Shown here one piece after another: positions 57,557 to 64,000 of a stretch of 64,000 nt of DNA. How positions within the stretch are numbered: position 1 is the stretch's first letter; the number at the start of each line of letters is the position of its first letter. Source of the DNA: Bacteroidia bacterium. GTDB lineage: Bacteria > Bacteroidota > Bacteroidia > JABEUT01. Location: NCBI GenBank assembly GCA_052325425.1, contig JBKQUY010000067.1, positions 30,123 through 94,122 on the forward strand, written 5' to 3'. The position numbers and the translations under genes are program-made. The notes beneath the pieces are model-generated. The model did not search any database. It saw nothing but the letters and a program-made list of their open reading frames with translations, and was not told where the DNA came from.

Positions 57557-58936
57557 TCATTCAATGATTAGCTCCCCACTCGAAACATATTCTCCTTTCT
57601 CAGAAACTACCCTATAAAAATATATTCCTGTGGGTTGACCATTCAAATTTATATTAGTATTAATGAGGTTAAGCTTGCTTCTATAAATACTTTGCCCTAA
57701 GACATCAAATATCTCTATTTGGGGTTTATCTGAAATTCCTTGCAATGAAATAGTAAAATCTCCATTATTGGGATTGGGATAAAGTTTTATGGCTCCTGAT
57801 GTTGGAGTTAATTCATATATGGAAGCCGTTGAAGTAACATTGGTATCAACCTTAAAAATAACTCCATCACCGTTTGTTCCGCCTAATTCAGTCATTCCAT
57901 ACAACTTATTCCCTAAAAGCATCACATCACCGTATGGCTCTGCGCCGTTTGCGCTATCGAAATCAAGCAAGTTTTTAAACCCATTCCCATTAGTATCTAT
58001 TGAGAAAATATTACCATAACCATATATCCCCCCACTATGCGTCATACCATACAACTTATTTTCCACAAGCATTAAATCACCGTATGGCTCTGCGCCGTTT
58101 GCGCTATCGAAATCAAGCAGGTCTTTAAACCCATTGCCACCTGTATCTATTGAAAAAACATTACCGACTCCATTTGCGCCACCGCCAAGTGTCATCCCAA
58201 ACAATATATTCTTGGAAAGTGTTAATGCCCCCCACGGAACATCACCATTTGCGCCATTGAAATCAAAAAGGTCTTTATAGGCGCTGCCATTTGTATCGAG
58301 AGAGAAAACACATCCATTATTATGCGCCCCGCCCAACTCTGCCATTCCGTATAGCATTTTGCCTGAAATAGTTAATGAACCTAATGGGTAAGCACCGTTT
58401 GTAATATTAAAATCAAGTAAGTCCTTATATCCCTTACCATTCGTATCAATAGAAAACACACAGCCATCATTATTCGCCCCACCATTTTCCGTCATGCCAT
58501 ACAGTTTATTCCCTGAAAACATTAAAGAACCCCAAGGATAAGAACCATTTTTTTCATTAAAATCAAACAGGTCAGTATATCCACTACCATTTATACTTAT
58601 GGAGAATATGCAGCCACTATCGTATGCTCCGCCAAGCCATGTTACGCCATATAGTATGTTGCCGGATAGTGTTAATGAACCTTCGGGCTGTGCGCCAGTC
58701 TTATTGCTGAAATCGTGAAGGTCTTTATACCCGCTTCCATTCGTATCAATAGAGAAAATGCAACCACTGCCATTTGCTCCACCAAGATAAGTCATCCCGA
58801 ACAGCAAATTTCCCGAAGGCGTTAATGAACCGTGAGGCCCACCTCCATTTGTGTCATTGAAGTTCAGAAGGACTGTAAACTGTGCATTTGTAATAATGCT
58901 ATAAATAAGAAAAAATAAAAGTAAAATCCTTTTCAT
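57557..58936 (-). CDS. T9SS cargo: Gloeo_Verruco-repeat protein with C-terminal sorting domain
   Basis: About 9 tandem units LYGMTxxGGxxxxGxxFSIDTNG. C-terminal KLYPNPNNGDFTISL...GIYFYRVVSEKG tail. Confidence 0.85.
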   Translation of the reverse strand: MKRILLLFFLIYSIITNAQFTVLLNFNDTNGGGPHGSLTPSGNLLFGMTYLGGANGSGCIFSIDTNGSGYKDLHDFSNKTGAQPEGSLTLSGNILYGVTWLGGAYDSGCIFSISINGSGYTDLFDFNEKNGSYPWGSLMFSGNKLYGMTENGGANNDGCVFSIDTNGKGYKDLLDFNITNGAYPLGSLTISGKMLYGMAELGGAHNNGCVFSLDTNGSAYKDLFDFNGANGDVPWGALTLSKNILFGMTLGGGANGVGNVFSIDTGGNGFKDLLDFDSANGAEPYGDLMLVENKLYGMTHSGGIYGYGNIFSIDTNGNGFKNLLDFDSANGAEPYGDVMLLGNKLYGMTELGGTNGDGVIFKVDTNVTSTASIYELTPTSGAIKLYPNPNNGDFTISLQGISDKPQIEIFDVLGQSIYRSKLNLINTNINLNGQPTGIYFYRVVSEKGEYVSSGELIIE

Positions 58937-58942
58937 TAAATA

Positions 58943-59503
58943 TTAATATTTCGTGCTGTCAGCAGGTGAAACTGTTACTCCATTTTCACTAAAAAACGTA
59001 TAAAGGTCATTTAATTTATACCAAGTCATATCCCATTTCAAAGTTCCGGCTGTTTTATATATGACAGGTTCATCTATTGGCATCAGAGTTGGTAAATTAT
59101 CCGTCTGTAATTGATGCGTCATACCTGAATCAGCATCTTTGCAAAAAATAATATAGGTAGTTCCAGTATATAAAAACGGCCCACCATCATTAACTTGCTG
59201 GATTTCATTTCCTATTTGACCTCCCTGGTCAGTAATTACCTTTATTGTGCCAAGCTGAATATTGGGGCTTCCCTTATAAATCTTAGAAATTTGGATTACG
59301 TTACATGTTAATATACCCCATCCTTTTTTGCCATAAAAACACTCTTGCTTAATTACTTTTCCCTCAACAATGTAGGGGGAGTTTTGAATATCGCTCTTAT
59401 GTATGGCAAGTAATTTCGATTCACTTGCCTTTGCACGTTGGGCAAAGCATTCTACATTGCACAAAAGCAATACTGCTATTATAATCTCTATTTTATTTTT
59501 CAT
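58943..59503 (-). CDS. Secreted hypothetical protein (186 aa)
   Basis: Signal peptide ...CFAQ. Tightly packed between two T9SS cargo genes. Confidence 0.65.
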   Translation of the reverse strand: MKNKIEIIIAVLLLCNVECFAQRAKASESKLLAIHKSDIQNSPYIVEGKVIKQECFYGKKGWGILTCNVIQISKIYKGSPNIQLGTIKVITDQGGQIGNEIQQVNDGGPFLYTGTTYIIFCKDADSGMTHQLQTDNLPTLMPIDEPVIYKTAGTLKWDMTWYKLNDLYTFFSENGVTVSPADSTKY

Positions 59504-59514
59504 GGTAAGTCTAT

Positions 59515-62500
59515 TTATATCTTAATGAATTTAATTGCCTTGCTTTGTCCATTGATATTAGCAACAAACAAATAAACTCCCTGCGCTAAATTATCAATAT
59601 TTATCTGTTGGTTGTATGTTCCGGCAGGTTTATGTTCATCAGTTAGCGTTAAAACTTCTCTGCCAGTTATATCAAAAATCCTAAATTGAATATCTGAAGA
59701 CCTGCTTAATTGATAATTGATTGTAATGTCTCCAGCATTTATTGGGTTAGGAAATTCGGTGAGATTTTCATTGTTTTCTACAATATTTTGTACGCCTTCA
59801 GTAGCGTCTTTACAACCTATGGTGCTTGGCATAAGTGTACCTGAAACACATCCATTAGGAATAGCTGCGCTTGTATTGACAACATCCTTCCCTCCATAAA
59901 GAGTTTGAGGTCCAATTGGTGTGCCTGAAGTTATTCCTAACCTTTGTGTTGTAGACGCTTCCCAATACATTAAGGAGTTAGTATCAATAATATGATTTAA
60001 CAGAAGGGCGTGGCCTAATTCATGGAGAATTACATTATAAAAATATTCAACATTCCCTCCTAATATGTTGTTTGTCGTGTCGAAACTCCATATTTCACCC
60101 AAAGAGGACAAGCTTGACCTAACCTGAATATCCGCATCGTAATAAAAAGCAATGGAATCTTTAGTGTCTTGGCAAGTTGACGTATAATTGTTATGGGTTC
60201 CCATTAAATCATTTGGGTTAGTAAAGTTATTGCTGTAAAAAATTTCACAGACGCTATCGAGCGCAATCTGCGGTACAAAGACTGTATCAATGGTATCTAA
60301 CTTCCAATTTATGCCTGTAAAGCAATTCCATTCTCGTACAGCTTTTTCAACACAAGCCAGAGCCGCTTTATTTCTTAGGATATTGGTATCGCATCTGAAT
60401 AACATGCTATATGCGGGGTTGACCATTGAAATATTCTCCCTCATTTTCTCTCCCCCTACGGTGTACCAATTCTTAATATTATAATTTATTCTAAGTTCAG
60501 AATTTGAATTATCAATATTGCCACACGCATTTTGCACATTAATTATACCCGAACCCGGGGTCATTGTATTTGTTAACATTACTCCCGGCATTTTGACCTC
60601 TATTGAGTTTTCTGTCCAAGACTTTATATCAGAAGTATCTAAAGTAATTGTATCCTCTCCGCCTGTATTTGCATCAGGAACAAGTATTTGACCCTTTGTA
60701 CGTCCAAATCCATACCCTGTAATTGTTAGCATTGAAGAATTTGCCGGTACACTTAATGAATTTGTACCTGCATTTACAGGTGTATAAAATGGGAAAACTG
60801 AAACGCCGCATTCATTTGGAGTTACCTGTGAACCGGAATAGTTAGTGCTTTTATATTGGAGATTTTCGGCACTATCTGTTGTGCCATTGTGATAGGTATA
60901 ACTCCAAACTTTGATAGTATCGTAACAAGTCTGATAGCAGGTATCGTAACAGGTATTATAACAAGTGTTATAACAGGTATTATAACAGGTTTCTATACAG
61001 TTTCCATCATCATCATAAGCGCAACAATATGGGTCGCATTGATATGGGTCGCATTGGTATGGGTCACAGTCATAAGGATTACAAAGATAAGGGTTGCAGT
61101 CATGCGGGTTAAATAGCGAATCCCTTGAAGTAGAATCCTTATACGTATAGGATATTGGTGTTTGAACGGTGAAAAAACCCGAACCGCTGGTATTAATCGT
61201 ATCGGTAAAACTTACCGTAGAAGTCTGGCAGCCCTGAATTTTCAACTGAACTTGAAATAATATTTTAGGAATAGAATCAAGAAGTGTTCCTTGCCCAGAA
61301 GTGTCCGAAATATCGCCAAATTGAATTTGTAAGACGCTATCGCCAGCGTATGGGTTGCTTAGTGTCAGATTATTGTAATCATTCTTTCCCGCAACATATT
61401 GGAAATCGCTACCCCTCGTAACAGTTATACCATTTGATACATTATCGGGAGAAAATTCAGCACTGGGGTAATACAGCTCAATTACGCAGCTATTGAATAT
61501 GGTTGGAGAATCGGCAGCAGCCATAATATCAAATTGAAAGTACCCGCCTTGACAATTTGTTATCATATTCCCTCCTAAAGAGAGTATTAAATGAGGGTCG
61601 GCATACGTGCATACATTAACTATAACAATAGCTTTAAGCGTGTCGCACGGACTGATGACATCAGACACGGTATAAGTGGTCGTAACGGAAGGTGTAGCAT
61701 TAACAGTAGTTCCTGTGGTTGCGCTCAGTCCCTTAGCAGGAGACCAGATATAATTTGAGCCTCCACTTGCTGTTAATTTTGCTGTGTCTCCCCAACAAAT
61801 TATGGAATGTGTTGAAGTTACTGTTATTGCGGGAATGGGAGAAGCCGTACATGCAACGCAATTCGTATTCTGCCAATACAGCCCTGCTGCTATCAATGAA
61901 TAACAGTCGCCTGAATCGCTCGTTATGTTATTAGTATAAGTATTAAAAGTTGCCGTTGTTTGGCTGGCCGTAAATGATGTATTTATTTGATTGAAATTCC
62001 AAAAATTATTACTGAATGTCTTACTTGTACCATTATATACCTCTACATTGGTATCTCCGTTCCTGTTTGCTTGAATATCACCCAACAAGGCAAACGCCGA
62101 GCCTGTTGAAGCGGCGGAACAAACATTAAACCCTGATGCGTTATAAGTTAAATTCGAGTTGTTTTTATTACAAACCATAACCCCATCATTGACTACTATT
62201 GAGCCGCTATATTTTGCCGTTAAATCCTTATAGATAATAAGTAGAGTAACTCCATCCACTTCGCTGGCATCATTTCCTGTACCTGACAAGTTAATGGAAT
62301 ATATGCCATTACCTGTAATATTATTTGTAACATCTGCACGATAGGCCGCAACTCCGGTTTCGCCCCAACATTTAGGCGGGCCTGTGCCAATATTATTCAC
62401 CGAATATGTAGAAACTCCGGCGCAAGGGTTCGTAACTTTTATAGTCGCAGTACCTGCGTTACCATTATAAGAACAATCCCAATACAGATAAGCTTTAATA

Positions 62501-62865
62501 ATCGAATCGTGTCCTGTTGGAAGCCCCGATATTGTAACACTCGTAGGCAAGCCAGTACCATTCATATTAAAACCATAGGGTTGGCTTCTCGTTTCTACTA
62601 TTTGAGAGGCGGCAACGTAATTAAGCCCACAGGCATTTTCATTAATATACGATTGCCCAAGCGTTTTTGAGCCGTTTTTATAATTGTTATTAGGATTTTC
62701 ACCTGCTGTCCCCATGTGGGAACCCGCTTTACAATTAACACATTGCGCTGAGAGTTTATTATTTCCCGCCAAAATAAATAGCAGAGTGGGTATTATAGTA
62801 TAAGTGAGTAATTTTTTCTTCACATACGAGACAAAAAATACGTAAAATAATTTCTTGTTATCCAT
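59515..62865 (-). CDS. T9SS cargo: large secreted zincin-like metalloprotease with Cys/Tyr-rich tandem repeats
   Basis: 1116 aa. HELGHALLLNH (HExxH) motif. Internal repeats NPYDCDPYQCDPYQCDPY and CYNTCYNTCYNTCYDTCYQTCYDT. C-terminal FPNPINAGDITINY...GVYLFVANINGQ sorting domain. Confidence 0.85.
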   Translation of the reverse strand: MDNKKLFYVFFVSYVKKKLLTYTIIPTLLFILAGNNKLSAQCVNCKAGSHMGTAGENPNNNYKNGSKTLGQSYINENACGLNYVAASQIVETRSQPYGFNMNGTGLPTSVTISGLPTGHDSIIKAYLYWDCSYNGNAGTATIKVTNPCAGVSTYSVNNIGTGPPKCWGETGVAAYRADVTNNITGNGIYSINLSGTGNDASEVDGVTLLIIYKDLTAKYSGSIVVNDGVMVCNKNNSNLTYNASGFNVCSAASTGSAFALLGDIQANRNGDTNVEVYNGTSKTFSNNFWNFNQINTSFTASQTTATFNTYTNNITSDSGDCYSLIAAGLYWQNTNCVACTASPIPAITVTSTHSIICWGDTAKLTASGGSNYIWSPAKGLSATTGTTVNATPSVTTTYTVSDVISPCDTLKAIVIVNVCTYADPHLILSLGGNMITNCQGGYFQFDIMAAADSPTIFNSCVIELYYPSAEFSPDNVSNGITVTRGSDFQYVAGKNDYNNLTLSNPYAGDSVLQIQFGDISDTSGQGTLLDSIPKILFQVQLKIQGCQTSTVSFTDTINTSGSGFFTVQTPISYTYKDSTSRDSLFNPHDCNPYLCNPYDCDPYQCDPYQCDPYCCAYDDDGNCIETCYNTCYNTCYNTCYDTCYQTCYDTIKVWSYTYHNGTTDSAENLQYKSTNYSGSQVTPNECGVSVFPFYTPVNAGTNSLSVPANSSMLTITGYGFGRTKGQILVPDANTGGEDTITLDTSDIKSWTENSIEVKMPGVMLTNTMTPGSGIINVQNACGNIDNSNSELRINYNIKNWYTVGGEKMRENISMVNPAYSMLFRCDTNILRNKAALACVEKAVREWNCFTGINWKLDTIDTVFVPQIALDSVCEIFYSNNFTNPNDLMGTHNNYTSTCQDTKDSIAFYYDADIQVRSSLSSLGEIWSFDTTNNILGGNVEYFYNVILHELGHALLLNHIIDTNSLMYWEASTTQRLGITSGTPIGPQTLYGGKDVVNTSAAIPNGCVSGTLMPSTIGCKDATEGVQNIVENNENLTEFPNPINAGDITINYQLSRSSDIQFRIFDITGREVLTLTDEHKPAGTYNQQINIDNLAQGVYLFVANINGQSKAIKFIKI

Positions 62866-62886
62866 CTATAATGAAACAGTAATAAA

Positions 62887-62998
62887 CGGTTAGTGTTTTC
62901 CGTAACATGGTTAGTTTTTCGGTAACATAACGGTAAAATACCGTAATGTAGCAGTAATAAATTCGGTAAGGTTTCGGTAAGTAGTAGGTAAAAATACC
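62887..62998. promoter_or_regulatory. Array of CGGTAA / TTACCG-containing direct and palindromic repeats, 20-130 bp upstream of the protease gene
   Basis: GGTTAGT(G)TTTTCCGTAACAT x2, ACGGTA-AAA-TACCGT palindrome, TTCGGTAAG x2, GGTA-N5-TACC. Confidence 0.4.
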
Positions 62999-63128
62999 AT
63001 AGGAAATATATAGCCATTATAGGGGGGATAACTATACAGTATTATATTAAAATTTGCGTGTATGTTCTTTTCTCAAGTGTAGTCAAATTTCATCAAAACC
63101 TTCTTTTTTCCTAATTAAGTAATTATAC

Positions 63129-63920
63129 TTGCATATCCTAACATTAATACCTATGGGTGAACTTGAAAAATATTACAGGGATAGAATTAATTACGTTTTA
63201 ACCACATTAATAAATGTTCATAATAAACGAATGGAAAATTCAAGGGATAAGAATGAAACTTATACTAAAATATATAATAGTGCAACAGCAATACATTCAT
63301 ACTTAGGCAGGAAATATGAGCCATACAATTATACTCTAAATCGTAAAATTGATATAGCATATAACGAAAACAAAAATGGCAGGTTTGCAATTTATGATAC
63401 CGCTATAATACATTATACAATGGGTATTAATTCCGAAGAAAGGAAAAAAATACTTGAAAAGATGGCTACCATAAAAGGATATTTGGAATTTTTAAATTTT
63501 CTGGTTAGATGGATGGGGGATTTTCAGAATACAAAAATGAATAATTATGTTGCACCTAAAGTTTCAGAGGCCTCAGCAGATACAACAATTCCTGAAAAGA
63601 AACTTATGCTTTTTGATATATTCATTGATGAAACGAAATATAAATACATAATGAATTTGCTTGTTGAAAAAGGATATTGCCAGTCTGAAACATTTTATTG
63701 GAAAGAGCGCAAAGGCATGAATAAGGGATTTTTAGTTGCTATATTGAAAGATTTAGAGTTGAAAAAATACTACAAAAATGATATTGAATTTAACTTTGAG
63801 GTTTGCAAAGTAGTTGCAAAAAATACTTTCAACATCAATATTAAAAGTAACAAAACTTTTTATACAGAGGTAGTTCCCAAACAACTTGAGTTTATTCCAT
63901 TTGTTTCGCAGATAAGCTAA
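63129..63920 (+). CDS. Hypothetical protein in AT-rich segment (263 aa)
   Basis: No motif recognised. Low GC. Alternative start at 63153. Confidence 0.55.
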   Translation: MHILTLIPMGELEKYYRDRINYVLTTLINVHNKRMENSRDKNETYTKIYNSATAIHSYLGRKYEPYNYTLNRKIDIAYNENKNGRFAIYDTAIIHYTMGINSEERKKILEKMATIKGYLEFLNFLVRWMGDFQNTKMNNYVAPKVSEASADTTIPEKKLMLFDIFIDETKYKYIMNLLVEKGYCQSETFYWKERKGMNKGFLVAILKDLELKKYYKNDIEFNFEVCKVVAKNTFNINIKSNKTFYTEVVPKQLEFIPFVSQIS

Positions 63921-64000
63921 ATTACACGGATTACACAATTTACACAAGTGTATTTTGTGTAGTCGTTTTTTTGAGTTATTCCCTTTTTTGTTATCTTATT

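Noticed and set aside
62820-63017. 65-aa ORF within the CGGTAA repeat array
   Set aside because: Lies in the regulatory repeat region directly upstream of the protease start. Translation is repeat-derived.

Overview
This 64 kb window looks like a Bacteroidota chromosome, probably from the Sphingobacteriia/Chitinophagia/Flavobacteriia group. Three things point that way: several cargo proteins carry C-terminal type IX secretion (T9SS) sorting domains, TAnnTTTG-type -7 promoter motifs recur, and GxxExxY and SprB-repeat proteins are present. Housekeeping genes (acpP-fabF, rsmB, gpx, bacilliredoxin, tadA, rnz, mlaEF plus a STAS gene, nadD, purQ, fumarylacetoacetase, asnB-like, gatC, hflX, amt plus porin) are interleaved with accessory material in five blocks. 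(1) Surface-polysaccharide genes are split over two blocks. The first runs 22.6-29.0 kb (asnB-like amidotransferase, GT4, Wza-like, Wzc-like). The second is a minus-strand operon at 32.9-39.3 kb (wzm-wzt-sulfotransferase-FdtA-like isomerase-FemAB-like-DegT aminotransferase-GT2). A further block at 46.5-50.5 kb holds a hexapeptide acetyltransferase, WbpB-like oxidoreductase, WbpA-like dehydrogenase and rfbB. (2) At least five T9SS cargo genes sit between and after the sugar blocks (two Gloeo_Verruco-repeat proteins, a SprB-repeat giant, an NHL+PKD protein, and a zincin protease with cysteine/tyrosine-rich tandem repeats). (3) A four-gene cluster at 14.9-20.9 kb is the most system-like novelty. 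It encodes a secreted two-beta-sandwich protein, two paralogous secreted subunit-like proteins sharing a C-terminal DYRIVPG motif with a strong terminator after the first, and a 1028-aa outer-membrane usher-like protein. I interpret it as a candidate undescribed chaperone/usher-like surface-filament assembly system. (4) A ~730 bp toxin-antitoxin-like cassette (a 150-aa PIN-like protein plus a 61-aa partner) sits just downstream of the rfbB stop, bounded by a 38 bp in-frame duplication of the rfbB C-terminus. (5) A repeat-rich island at 9.1-12.5 kb contains a hexamer VNTR, poly-C tracts, CCCGA-N8-10-TCGGG palindromic units inside coding sequence, a truncated MORN gene and a duplicated GxxExxY 3-prime end with inverted repeats. 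No rRNA, tRNA, CRISPR array, transposase or integrase genes were recognised.
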